The position numbers were made by a program, and so were the translations under genes. Shown one piece after another: positions 28,930 through 38,601 of a stretch of DNA of 64,000 nucleotides. The stretch lies in the NCBI GenBank assembly GCA_934446485.1, contig CAKSEM010000001.1:12594-76593 (forward strand). The letters run 5' to 3'. Each line of letters starts with the position of its first letter. Position 1 is the first letter of the stretch. This stretch comes from an uncultured Eubacteriales bacterium. GTDB taxonomy: Bacteria > Bacillota > Clostridia > Oscillospirales > CAG-272. The notes beneath the pieces were generated by a model, which saw nothing but the letters and a program-made list of their open reading frames with translations, ran no database searches and was not told the origin of the DNA.

Positions 28930-29394
28930 ATGATTAAGAAGAAGGGCATTATCAATGTCTACGAAGGTAGTGCCGACATCAATGAACTTCAAGGTGCTGT
29001 AGACAGTTTGCCAGATGGGGAATTTGGTTTCCTCATATATGACAACTCAAAGAACCGTTCATTACCTCAATTGAAATACCTCTTCGGTGTTGTATTAAAG
29101 ACAATATCAGAGAAATTGGATTCGCATCCAACACCAGGGGCATTATACAGATATTTTGAAGAGGTCTATGCGCCTATTCATAAATCTAATATTCAAGGCG
29201 AAGAATTTGAATACTTCGACTTAAAGAACGAAAAATCAATTGAGTTGGATAGTGTTATAGAAATGATTATCCAACATGCCGCAGACCAGTGGGGAATAAC
29301 TATTCCTACAAGAGAGGAGATACGAGAAGCACAAGCTCGTGAACCTTATGCAGAAGCATACGCTGAGACGTGGAAGTTTCTATCTCAAAACTAA
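28930..29394 (+). CDS. NinB/Orf-like recombination mediator (start moved to ATG 28930, downstream of the promoter)
   Basis: 154 aa. 'NRSLPQLKYLFGVVLKTIS' and 'IEMIIQHAADQWGITIP' resemble the lambda NinB layout. By eye only. Confidence 0.4.
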   Translation: MIKKKGIINVYEGSADINELQGAVDSLPDGEFGFLIYDNSKNRSLPQLKYLFGVVLKTISEKLDSHPTPGALYRYFEEVYAPIHKSNIQGEEFEYFDLKNEKSIELDSVIEMIIQHAADQWGITIPTREEIREAQAREPYAEAYAETWKFLSQN

Positions 29395-29412
29395 TTCATA
29401 TCCAACTCAATT

Positions 29413-30810
29413 ATGAGTGAATTAACGAATCAGATGTCAGCCCTTGACATCTTTGCATCTACCCAGGAATCTTTTGATGATGCAAAAAAGAAGAGCGCAG
29501 CAGAGAGTGGAAACCGTGTAAAGTATTTCCGTATTTCGGGTGATGGAACTGTATCAGTTCGTATTTTGCCCCTTGCGCCTGTTATTGACGCAGAAGGAAA
29601 TATTCTCCCGATGGATCGTAAGGGTTACGAATACCCTGTAAAGGAGCTTGTATTGAAGATTAAGGGCGATAATAACAAGCAGTCGTTTGTTAATGTTTGC
29701 AACGCAAAGTATGCTTTCCCCCAGCTTCAGTCAGACCTTATTGACAAGTATGTAGAGCTTGCACTCTCTTTGTATTCAGACGATGAGAAACTCTGCAAGA
29801 AAGTCAAGGAGACCAGCTTCAACGGTGGTTTGAAGTGGGATTCAAAACGCTGCATGTATATCCTTGATTTGGATAAGCGCAACGATGGCATCCAGGTGTT
29901 CCAGCTTTCTTATTCACAGTATAAGGAACTGGAAGAGCGTAAGCTTCAGACATGGGCAAAGCTCAATAAGAAGGGAAATGTCCCCTGTCCTATCTCATCA
30001 ATCACAGACGCTTTCCCTGTTGAGATTACTCGTAAGACAGAAAACAAGAAGACCAACTATTCTTTCAATATTGACACGCTTTCTCCAAAGGACGAGTTGA
30101 CAGAAGACGAGTTGCAGAATCTTCTCAACACACCTCGTCTCCCAGAAGTACTTTATCGCTACACTCGCTATCATCTGGAGGCAACTATCGCTTACCTCAA
30201 CCAGTTTGACGAGACAACTGGCATGGAGGTAATGAAAGAACCAGAAATCAAGGATTGTATTGACCAGATTAAGCTCTGCCTCCCAGCTGATGACCAGTCT
30301 CATTTCAATATGAACGGCAAGAACGGTGGTGATTCAGACACTAATGATGCCACCACGCTCGATAGTCTTTGGGACTTGTATGACAAGTTGTGTGATGAAG
30401 GACTGGATGACAAGAGCGAGGAAGGTCAGAATCTTCGTACAGCCATCAAGGAGTTCATTGAGGATAACGACCTTGATGTCAGCATTACTCGTAAGAAGAC
30501 CAACGAAATGTTGCTCAACGAAATACAGGACATTCTTGATGACGAGAATGGTGAAGAGGAAACTCCAGACACAAAGAAGTCAACAAAGAAGGATGAGCCT
30601 GTAGACGAGCCAGCTGATGACGAAGAAGAAGAGGATGACACTCCAGCAGCAGACGCACCTTCTTCAGACGAAGCCGAAGAGGAAGAAGAGACTCCAGCAC
30701 CAGCACGAGCAAGTCGTAGACGTGAGCGTAACGATGATACCAACGAGCCAGCAGCAGAGGCTCCTGCTCGTCCAGAGAGACGTGCAGCTCGTCCGCACAG
30801 ACGTAGATAA
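29413..30810 (+). CDS. Putative ssDNA-binding/annealing protein with a disordered acidic then Arg-rich tail
   Basis: 465 aa. Recombination-module context. C-terminal 'DEPADDEEEEDDTPAADAPSSDEAEEEEE...RRAARPHRRR'. Confidence 0.35.
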   Translation: MSELTNQMSALDIFASTQESFDDAKKKSAAESGNRVKYFRISGDGTVSVRILPLAPVIDAEGNILPMDRKGYEYPVKELVLKIKGDNNKQSFVNVCNAKYAFPQLQSDLIDKYVELALSLYSDDEKLCKKVKETSFNGGLKWDSKRCMYILDLDKRNDGIQVFQLSYSQYKELEERKLQTWAKLNKKGNVPCPISSITDAFPVEITRKTENKKTNYSFNIDTLSPKDELTEDELQNLLNTPRLPEVLYRYTRYHLEATIAYLNQFDETTGMEVMKEPEIKDCIDQIKLCLPADDQSHFNMNGKNGGDSDTNDATTLDSLWDLYDKLCDEGLDDKSEEGQNLRTAIKEFIEDNDLDVSITRKKTNEMLLNEIQDILDDENGEEETPDTKKSTKKDEPVDEPADDEEEEDDTPAADAPSSDEAEEEEETPAPARASRRRERNDDTNEPAAEAPARPERRAARPHRRR

Positions 30811-30826
30811 ACTTTATTCAACAACC

Positions 30827-30865
30827 AAGGGCGGTGTTGTGGTTTCGCCATGATACCGCCCTTTT
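30827..30865 (+). terminator. Rho-independent terminator
   Basis: aagggcggt (30827-30835) pairs with accgccctt (30855-30863), followed by a T run. Confidence 0.6.
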
Positions 30866-30877
30866 AACTTTAGAACT

Positions 30878-31927
30878 ATGTCTGAAAAAAGAATACCTTG
30901 CGCTCTGCTGATAAATGACATCCACGTCAGTAAAGACAATATCCCAGAGTTTCAGAGAAATTGGGATGAAGCGTTGGAAATATGTAAAAAACAAGACATT
31001 CCAGAAATCATTATAGGTGGTGACTTGTTGCAATCTCGTTCATCATACCAGACTCTTGATGTATTGCTGGCTGTTCGCCAGGCAATCATAAAAGCTACTA
31101 ACGCAGGATTGGAGCTGACTATTGCAGAGGGCAACCATGACCTTGTTGACCAAGAAGCGATATTGGGTTATTGCCATGTGTTTTCTGAATATCCGCATGT
31201 TTATGTTGTAGACGATTATGTATCTATAGATTGTTCTGATGATGTCACACTATATGTTATGAGTTACGCTCCAGAAAGCGGCTCGTTCATTAACAGATTA
31301 CAGGACATCATTGATAATGATTTTGACCGAAACAAGCATAACATTCTCTATATCCACGAAGGAATAAAGGGAGGTCTTGCTATGCCAAGTGATGACGAAT
31401 TGCCGACAAAGATATTCAATGACTTTGATGCAGTATTGGTTGGGCATTATCACAATCGCTGTAAGATTAAAGGTACAAACATCGAGTATGTTGGTGCTTC
31501 TCGTCAACATAATTTTGGTGAAGATGAAGAAAAGGGCTACACCATATTATATGATGATGGTTCCTATGAGTTCATTAAGAACGAGTCTAACACCAGATAT
31601 AAAGTGATAGATTTGGCATTACAAGACGTTGACAATCATTTGATTGAAGAATTGAATGATATTAAATCTAATGGCAAATACAAAGTCAAGGCTCGCATTA
31701 ATTGTTCCGCTACAGATGTGCAAAATATTGACAAGCAAAAGCTAATGGAAGCTGGTGCTGCCAAAGTAGAAATTGTTACAGAAAAGACTGTAGCAAAATC
31801 TATAGAAGCGCACAGTCTTGATAGAAAATTTGACAAGACAGGCATCAAACAAGAGTACGAGAGTTTTTGTTCAGAAAAAGTCATTGATTCCTCTATGGGG
31901 TTGCAGTATCTTGATAAAATACATTGA
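30878..31927 (+). CDS. SbcD/Mre11-like nuclease
   Basis: 349 aa. Calcineurin-like phosphoesterase motifs seen: 'NDIHV', 'GGDLL', 'GNHD', 'VGHYH'. Confidence 0.8.
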   Translation: MSEKRIPCALLINDIHVSKDNIPEFQRNWDEALEICKKQDIPEIIIGGDLLQSRSSYQTLDVLLAVRQAIIKATNAGLELTIAEGNHDLVDQEAILGYCHVFSEYPHVYVVDDYVSIDCSDDVTLYVMSYAPESGSFINRLQDIIDNDFDRNKHNILYIHEGIKGGLAMPSDDELPTKIFNDFDAVLVGHYHNRCKIKGTNIEYVGASRQHNFGEDEEKGYTILYDDGSYEFIKNESNTRYKVIDLALQDVDNHLIEELNDIKSNGKYKVKARINCSATDVQNIDKQKLMEAGAAKVEIVTEKTVAKSIEAHSLDRKFDKTGIKQEYESFCSEKVIDSSMGLQYLDKIH

Positions 31928-34239
31928 TTATGTGGAAGTTAAATAACATATACGCAAAGAACCTATGTGCCTTCAAGGAGCTTGATTACACATTGAAGCA
32001 AGAACACACAACACTTGTGTTTGGCAACAATATGGACAACGATTCCCAGGTTTCAAACGGTTCTGGAAAGTCTGCATTAATTGAGGCTATTGCCATCGGT
32101 CTTACAGGCGAAACACTTCGTAAGATTAAGATGGACGAGATTATTAATGATGCAGAAAACGAGGCTATAGTTAAGCTTGGACTAAACAATGCTGAATTAG
32201 GTAAAAGCCTTGTTATATCTCGTACAATCTCCAGAAAATCGCCACAGGCAATATCTGTTGAGATTGTAGATAAAGACGGAAATGCAGAAAGCATAGCACA
32301 AGCATCTGTTGCAGATTATAATAAATATGTGCTGGAGACATTGGGATTAAGTAAGGACGATATATTTTCAAACTTCATCCTGTCAAAGCATAAGTATTCA
32401 TCTTTCCTCTCCAGTTCTGACCGTGACAAGAAAGACTTGATAAATCGTTTCAGTAATGGCATCATGGTTGATGAGTCAATCGAAGCTCTGCAACACGATA
32501 TGGAGCCTGTAGCTGAAGAGTTGACACAAGCTGAATTGAAAGTTGCTGGAATCAAAGGTGGTATTGATACACTGGAAGAACAGATTCAGAACGCTATCAA
32601 CAAGTCTTTGGAGAATACTTCAACCAAGGCGCAGCGTATTGAAGAATGGACACAATCAATTGCGAATAAGCGAGCTTACATTCGTGAGCAAAAAGAGCAA
32701 ATCACGCAGTTGGAGCAAAGCCTTTCTAAATTGGATGCGGTGTACAATCGTATTTCAGATTTAGAAGGCAGTGATAAATCGCTTGATGATTGCTACGAAA
32801 ATATTGTTGCTTTGTTTGCTCCCACCAATCTAAAGCAAATCAGTGACTATCGGGAAAATATTGCAAAAGCGAATAAGAAACTCGCAACACTCCAGCAGTC
32901 ATTGAAAGATGGTGAAGCAGAAGTTAAACGGCACGATAAAGATTGCGCCAAGCAAAAGAAAGCACATGATAAGCTTGTAAAAGAGTTTGAGAAGTTTTCC
33001 ACTTCATACGATGGTGATTTGAAAGAAGTGACCGTCAAAATAGACAACTTGCTTGCTTCGGTAAAGGCTTTGAATAATGCAAATGACGCTTTGAATAAGC
33101 AGTATCGTACAATCAGCAATCGTGTAGCAGCTATCAAAAACATTTTAGGTGGTATTATTACTTGTCCGAAATGCAAGCATGAGTTCTTGCTTGATCCAGA
33201 TGCTGATTTGTCATTGCTTCGTGAGGAACTGAAAAGCAAGGATGAAGAGTTACGAGACATAGATACGGAAATCTCCAGCAACCAAGAAAAGATTGATACT
33301 GATACTGCAAATGGCAAGAAATTTCGTGAAAAGCAAAATGACTTGATAGCGAAAAAGTCAGAGTGGTCGGCAAAGGTTACAGAATCGCAGTCGAATGTTG
33401 ACAGCTTGGTTCGCAAGTCATCTGAACTTTCCTGTGATATTGCCTCTATAAACAGTCAGATTGCTCTGGTCAACAATCTAATTGAGTCAGCTCGCAATGA
33501 CATGTTCGATGAAGCATACGACATTGTTGATGACGAGACCAACAAGTGTGAGAATAGCAAGAAGCAATGCGAAACAAATATTGCAAATGCCGAAGGCGCA
33601 ATAGAATCATACGAGGAATCAATCAGAGACATTGAACATGCTGCTGAGAATGACATTGTAGAAACGCTAAAAGACAGTAAAGCCAAGCGTGAAAAAGAAC
33701 TGGAGCTTGCCATCAAGGATAAAGAACAAATCGAACAGAAACTTGCAGCTTATAGAAAACAGGAAGCTACTTTCATAGAGTTCAAGACACACCTTGCCAA
33801 CTCTAAGATTGAGGCATTAAGCCAAATGACCAATGAGTTCTTGGAAGCCATCAACAGCGACATAAGAATATCATTCAGTGGTTTTACTGTGTTGAAGTCT
33901 GGAAAAGTTCGTGACAAAATCTCTATTTCACTGATTCGTGATGGTGTAGATTGTGGTTCATTTGACAAATTTTCAGAAGGCGAAAAAGCAAGAGTAAATC
34001 TCGCAAACATTCTTGCATTACATAAATTGACGAATGTAAATTGCCAAGATGGAAAAGGTTTTGATTTATTAGTATTGGATGAGATACTGGAGGCATGTGA
34101 TGCCGCTGGGCTTGCCAATATGTTCAATGCCTTAAACAACTTGCAGATTACTTCACTGGTGGTTAGTCATGGCAATGTAGCTGAAAACTATCCATACAAA
34201 CTTATAATCAACAAGAAGAATGACATTTCATACATTTAA
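31924..34239 (+). CDS. SbcC/Rad50-like SMC ATPase
   Basis: 771 aa. Walker A 'NGSGKSALIEAI', long coiled coil with a CxxC hook 'CPKCKHEF', signature 'FSEGEKARV', Walker B 'LLVLDEILE'. Confidence 0.85.
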   Translation: MIMWKLNNIYAKNLCAFKELDYTLKQEHTTLVFGNNMDNDSQVSNGSGKSALIEAIAIGLTGETLRKIKMDEIINDAENEAIVKLGLNNAELGKSLVISRTISRKSPQAISVEIVDKDGNAESIAQASVADYNKYVLETLGLSKDDIFSNFILSKHKYSSFLSSSDRDKKDLINRFSNGIMVDESIEALQHDMEPVAEELTQAELKVAGIKGGIDTLEEQIQNAINKSLENTSTKAQRIEEWTQSIANKRAYIREQKEQITQLEQSLSKLDAVYNRISDLEGSDKSLDDCYENIVALFAPTNLKQISDYRENIAKANKKLATLQQSLKDGEAEVKRHDKDCAKQKKAHDKLVKEFEKFSTSYDGDLKEVTVKIDNLLASVKALNNANDALNKQYRTISNRVAAIKNILGGIITCPKCKHEFLLDPDADLSLLREELKSKDEELRDIDTEISSNQEKIDTDTANGKKFREKQNDLIAKKSEWSAKVTESQSNVDSLVRKSSELSCDIASINSQIALVNNLIESARNDMFDEAYDIVDDETNKCENSKKQCETNIANAEGAIESYEESIRDIEHAAENDIVETLKDSKAKREKELELAIKDKEQIEQKLAAYRKQEATFIEFKTHLANSKIEALSQMTNEFLEAINSDIRISFSGFTVLKSGKVRDKISISLIRDGVDCGSFDKFSEGEKARVNLANILALHKLTNVNCQDGKGFDLLVLDEILEACDAAGLANMFNALNNLQITSLVVSHGNVAENYPYKLIINKKNDISYI

Positions 34240-34730
34240 TGGTCACTCATGCAGACGATGAAAAGTTAAAAATTGACGAAGTACTCGGAGTTGATATAGC
34301 TACCCATACAGGTTTCTATTCAGTTCACGAAAGAGGTACATGGAATTTTACGGAATCAATGAGACGCAACAACAACAAACAGCACGGAGCCTTCCGTCAG
34401 ACTCTCATTGACTTCATCCAGAAATACAACATTAAACAGGTTGTGGCAGAGGACGTAAGCTGTGGAAGAAGCGGCAAAGAGTTCAAATCATCTGTCAAGC
34501 TATCTGAATTTAGAGGCATTTTGCTGGAAGTGTGTGATACACTTGACCTCCCAGAACCAGTATTCCTTAACCCCAGAACCATTAAGGCTTGGGCAACAGG
34601 AGACGGAAATGCCGATAAAGCCAAAATGATGCGATTCTGTAAGTTACGCTGGAAGACAGAGCCAGTTGATGATAACGAAGCAGACGCAACGCACATCTTT
34701 ATGTACTTTGTAAAGAAATTCAAATTGTAA
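34239..34730 (+). CDS. RuvC-like Holliday junction resolvase
   Basis: 163 aa. Acidic catalytic pattern 'LGVDIA...', 'VVAEDV', 'DDNEADATHI'. Confidence 0.6.
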   Translation: MVTHADDEKLKIDEVLGVDIATHTGFYSVHERGTWNFTESMRRNNNKQHGAFRQTLIDFIQKYNIKQVVAEDVSCGRSGKEFKSSVKLSEFRGILLEVCDTLDLPEPVFLNPRTIKAWATGDGNADKAKMMRFCKLRWKTEPVDDNEADATHIFMYFVKKFKL

Positions 34731-35030
34731 ATGAGTATTGCCAGAAGAAGGCGTAGAAAGACACGGAAAGAGCTATCTATGCCAGCGGATATTAACCCAC
34801 ACTTGAAATACCTTGTCTCACTTGTCAAGGAGTTTTGCACCTTTTTGGATAAGAAAGACAAACCTTCAGACGAAGAGGTAAGAGCCAAGTTCAAGGCATA
34901 CGACTCACGTTGGATTCAGTATTGCATATCTCACCAATTTGAACCTCGTGCATCTTTATTGTTCAATCAAAAAGTGGCACGAATATGGAGAGAAAGGTAT
35001 GCGAAGCCGAAGAATACGACAGAGAAGTAG
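34731..35030 (+). CDS. Hypothetical protein
   Basis: 99-aa ORF abutting the resolvase stop. Confidence 0.45.
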   Translation: MSIARRRRRKTRKELSMPADINPHLKYLVSLVKEFCTFLDKKDKPSDEEVRAKFKAYDSRWIQYCISHQFEPRASLLFNQKVARIWRERYAKPKNTTEK

Positions 35031-35704
35031 ACCCAGAAGTAGCTCGCAGACGCAATGAATTATTCCAGCAATATGTGATGCCTTTTCAGAACATGATTTA
35101 TAAGTTGGTAATGAACTATACTTATGACTTATGGAATGTAGAGGAAAATTATAATGAAGTGCTTATAAATTTCTTCAGAAGAATCGAGACGTATGATACC
35201 TCCAGACCAATTAGAACGTGGCTTCATATCGTTACTAAACGAATGGTTGCGGAATTGGAAAGAAGGCGCAAACGACACGATAACAAGAATTATGACAGAA
35301 GTATAGAAAGTTATGAAGATTGTGGTGATGACGAAGTTTTGCATCCTCAGATATGCAGTGCAATCAGTGCAAATTTGAATATCAGTTCAAACTGTATGGG
35401 GCTTGAAAACTACCGCCAGTTCTACAATGATGATATACTTGAAGTGCTTGATAGCATGAAGCCCATTCATCGTGATGCAATACTTCTCCAAGAAGCTGGT
35501 TATCCGCTTCGAGAAATTGCAGATATTGAATATAAAAAGGGGACATTGCCATCGCATAATATTGAGACAATCAAAAGTCGTTTGCTTATCGCACGAAAGA
35601 TATTGAAGAACAATTTAACAAGGAATGGCGAAAGAATTACAGATACGCAATGTGAAAACAGTCTTCAGTGCAATAGCAGTGAAACTGATGAAGCCGACCT
35701 TTAA
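34985..35704 (+). CDS. Sigma-70/ECF-like transcription factor
   Basis: 239 aa. Region-4-like HTH 'DAILLQEAGYPLREIADIE...TIKSRLLIARKILK'. The start is uncertain because it overlaps the previous ORF. Confidence 0.55.
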   Translation: MERKVCEAEEYDREVDPEVARRRNELFQQYVMPFQNMIYKLVMNYTYDLWNVEENYNEVLINFFRRIETYDTSRPIRTWLHIVTKRMVAELERRRKRHDNKNYDRSIESYEDCGDDEVLHPQICSAISANLNISSNCMGLENYRQFYNDDILEVLDSMKPIHRDAILLQEAGYPLREIADIEYKKGTLPSHNIETIKSRLLIARKILKNNLTRNGERITDTQCENSLQCNSSETDEADL

Positions 35705-36218
35705 GTTTTCTGGTGGTGGTGCAACCACCAGAACGCTTAATAGCTTTCTTGACCTTATGGAAAAGGAGTTTGGGTCGGTCACATCTGAAAGGTTGGTTGA
35801 CTTCTGTATATGTGCCGCCTACGCCTTCAGAAACAGGCCACAATGGACGATAAATCAAGTCTTTGGTAAATCATCCATCAAGCGTCTGAAAGAGCGTACA
35901 AAGGGAGGTAAATATTACGAAGACCAATGGCTTTCCAGCGTGTCGTTAAATCGTGTTGACCTTGTAGCAATGATAGCAGATAAAAGCGTACACCCACAGG
36001 CTAAATTCATATATATAGCCTCTGAGGAACCAACAAAGAGGCGTATGTTGAATACAGCCGTGGGGTATCTTATCTGCCAGACATCTACTTTAGGATGGAG
36101 TCCGTTGTCGGAATCGTGTTCTAAATGTAATTTGGCTGAAGATTGCAAACAAGGACTTCAGAAAAGATTTCCAGAATTGTATCGTATTCGTATAGAACAT
36201 GGCAACAAGACAGAATAA
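35625..36218 (+). CDS. Hypothetical protein (start uncertain)
   Basis: 197-aa ORF overlapping the sigma-like gene by 80 nt. Confidence 0.5.
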   Translation: MAKELQIRNVKTVFSAIAVKLMKPTFKFSGGGATTRTLNSFLDLMEKEFGSVTSERLVDFCICAAYAFRNRPQWTINQVFGKSSIKRLKERTKGGKYYEDQWLSSVSLNRVDLVAMIADKSVHPQAKFIYIASEEPTKRRMLNTAVGYLICQTSTLGWSPLSESCSKCNLAEDCKQGLQKRFPELYRIRIEHGNKTE

Positions 36219-37560
36219 TAATGTATTGACAGAGGAATTTTTGATGGATCTCTTTTTCACCTGTATGAACAATGATTATGTTCTGGCGGTGGTCATGGAA
36301 CAGATAAAGAAATCTTATCTGCCAGATAGAGATTTTATTTCTCTTTTCAATCAACTTAAAGCATACTACAAGGAGTATAAGAAAGCTCCAACATATAGTA
36401 TATTAGGACAGTCTATTTCACGTCAAAAAAGCGTTGCTGCATTATTGGATGACATCTATGATAGTGGTAATGAACTTGGCACGGAACAAGCACTGGAACA
36501 GCTGGAAAACTACATTAAACAAGTAAGGTTCCAGCAAGCGTACAAAGAAGCTGGTGAGCTTTTCAATAAAGCAGACCATGAACAGGCGAGCTTAAAGTTA
36601 CAAGAATACGCAGAGTGGGTATCAACCTTTAGTTTGCGAGAATCGGAGTTCGTAGATGTCATTGGTACATTTGGAATCAGATTCAAAGGAAACAGGCAAA
36701 AGCATAATGCAGTAGACAAGCAATTACCCATCACCAGATTCTACATAGATGAACTGGACGTGATGAACAATGGGCGTGACTTACGAACCCAGCTCTCTGT
36801 TTTCTTAGCAGCAACAGGTGTTGGAAAGTCACATGCGGCAAGATGGATAGGCAAGAACGCTTGTCAAATAGATGGCTTAAATGTGCTGCACTTCCAGCTT
36901 GAAGGTAGCCGTGATGAGGTCGTAAACGCTTATTCTGCTTCATTAGTGAAATGCAGTACATTCCGCTATGAGACAGGAACCATTCGTGACGTTGAAGTTG
37001 AACGTATGGAAGAAATGCTTAAAAGCGTTGCTGGAAAGCTCTATGTTAAGTCATATCCTAAGTTCAATTCTCATGTCTCAACTGTAGACATAAGGAATGG
37101 AATACAAGACTTCAAAAAACGCTATGGAATATCTCCAGATGTGGTTATCATTGACTCCATAGATTTGTTGATAGACGCTTCTGGACGCAAGTATTCAGAG
37201 AATGGAGAACGTCACAAGCGTATTGCCGTAGCAAATGACTTGAAGGATTTGGCAGCGGACGAAAATGTCTGGATGGTTGGAACGTATCAGTCTACGATAG
37301 AGAATCGTGATTGGCTGAATGATGAGAAAAATGTGCTGACAGAGTTCAATACAGCCGAAGCGAAAGGACTTGCCAGACCATTGACACACCTCATCACGTT
37401 GAATCAGTCAGACCGTGAGCGTAAAGAACATACAATGCGTATCAATGTGGCGAAGTCTCGATTCTTTGAAAAAGGCGAGCCATTTAAGATAGCAACAGAT
37501 TATGAAAATGAGCAGTTCTATGATAGAGAACGTAGCCTAAACATTAGCAAAGTGTCATAA
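36199..37560 (+). CDS. DnaB-like replicative helicase
   Basis: 453 aa. Walker A 'AATGVGKSHAA', Walker B 'VVIIDSIDLL'. Directly followed by the primase. Confidence 0.75.
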   Translation: MATRQNNNVLTEEFLMDLFFTCMNNDYVLAVVMEQIKKSYLPDRDFISLFNQLKAYYKEYKKAPTYSILGQSISRQKSVAALLDDIYDSGNELGTEQALEQLENYIKQVRFQQAYKEAGELFNKADHEQASLKLQEYAEWVSTFSLRESEFVDVIGTFGIRFKGNRQKHNAVDKQLPITRFYIDELDVMNNGRDLRTQLSVFLAATGVGKSHAARWIGKNACQIDGLNVLHFQLEGSRDEVVNAYSASLVKCSTFRYETGTIRDVEVERMEEMLKSVAGKLYVKSYPKFNSHVSTVDIRNGIQDFKKRYGISPDVVIIDSIDLLIDASGRKYSENGERHKRIAVANDLKDLAADENVWMVGTYQSTIENRDWLNDEKNVLTEFNTAEAKGLARPLTHLITLNQSDRERKEHTMRINVAKSRFFEKGEPFKIATDYENEQFYDRERSLNISKVS

Positions 37561-37563
37561 ATT

Positions 37564-38601
37564 ATGTATATCAGCAAGCAAGACAAAGATTTTCTCATCA
37601 AGGAATTGGAGATAGAGCTTCACGCTAAACTTGATGGCCCACGCAAGAACCTCATTTGCCCAGAGTGTCCTTATTGTGGCAAAAAAGGTGGCAAATTCGG
37701 CATCTATGTAGGGCAAGAAACAGAGAAGAAGAAGCTCTTTATGAGTCACTGCTTCTCATGTGGTCATACTACAAAAGATGTCAATCAGCTCTTAGAAGAC
37801 ATTGGCAGACCAGACTTAATGCTGGAAGATACTGCCAGCTTCGCTCCATTACAGATACCGCAGTTCTGCAATCTGGAAGAAGATGAGATTGACGATGAAC
37901 TTGTTTCTGTTGATATGCCAGAAGGATGGAAACGGTGTTACCGTAACGCCTATCTGAAGAAACGTGGCTATACTTGTGATGATTACGACTACTTTCCTGT
38001 TGGTACAACCAGAGGTCTTAATTTCAAATTTGACGATTATGTCGTATTTCCCATCATTGATAATGGTGACATTGTAGGATATGTATCTCGCCATACATGG
38101 AGTAAGGATAAGATAGATTCTTACAATAAGAAAGCCAGACGTAACGGCAAATTTGAAATTAGACGATACAACAACAGCCAAGAAAATGACTTTACAAAGT
38201 TGCTTTACAACTATGACGCAGTGATAGAAGATGTAACAGATACTGTCATATTGGTTGAAGGAGTATTCGATTGTGTCTCGCTTGTCAGAAAGCTTGATTT
38301 GTATGACAATCATCGTATTGCAGTAGTAGCTACGTTCGGAAAGAAAGTTTCAGAAGCGCAAATTTACAAGCTGCAAAGTAAAGGCGTAAGAACTGTAGTG
38401 ATTGGATATGATGGCGATGCTTTGTCTGCAACAAACACAGCAGCAGCCATGTTAAACGAGTATTTCGATTGCTATATAGCCTTCATAGAAGACCCAGAAG
38501 CCGACTTTGACAGTATGGATTTTTGGGACATCTACGATACTTTTAGCGAGAGATTAATGACACCAAGAGAGTTCAAATTAAACTTAGTGCAATTATTATG
38601 A
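37564..38601 (+). CDS. DnaG-like primase (zinc ribbon + TOPRIM)
   Basis: 345 aa. 'CPECPYCGKKGGKF...HCFSCGH', TOPRIM 'ILVEGVFDCVS' and 'GYDGDA'. Confidence 0.8.
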   Translation: MYISKQDKDFLIKELEIELHAKLDGPRKNLICPECPYCGKKGGKFGIYVGQETEKKKLFMSHCFSCGHTTKDVNQLLEDIGRPDLMLEDTASFAPLQIPQFCNLEEDEIDDELVSVDMPEGWKRCYRNAYLKKRGYTCDDYDYFPVGTTRGLNFKFDDYVVFPIIDNGDIVGYVSRHTWSKDKIDSYNKKARRNGKFEIRRYNNSQENDFTKLLYNYDAVIEDVTDTVILVEGVFDCVSLVRKLDLYDNHRIAVVATFGKKVSEAQIYKLQSKGVRTVVIGYDGDALSATNTAAAMLNEYFDCYIAFIEDPEADFDSMDFWDIYDTFSERLMTPREFKLNLVQLL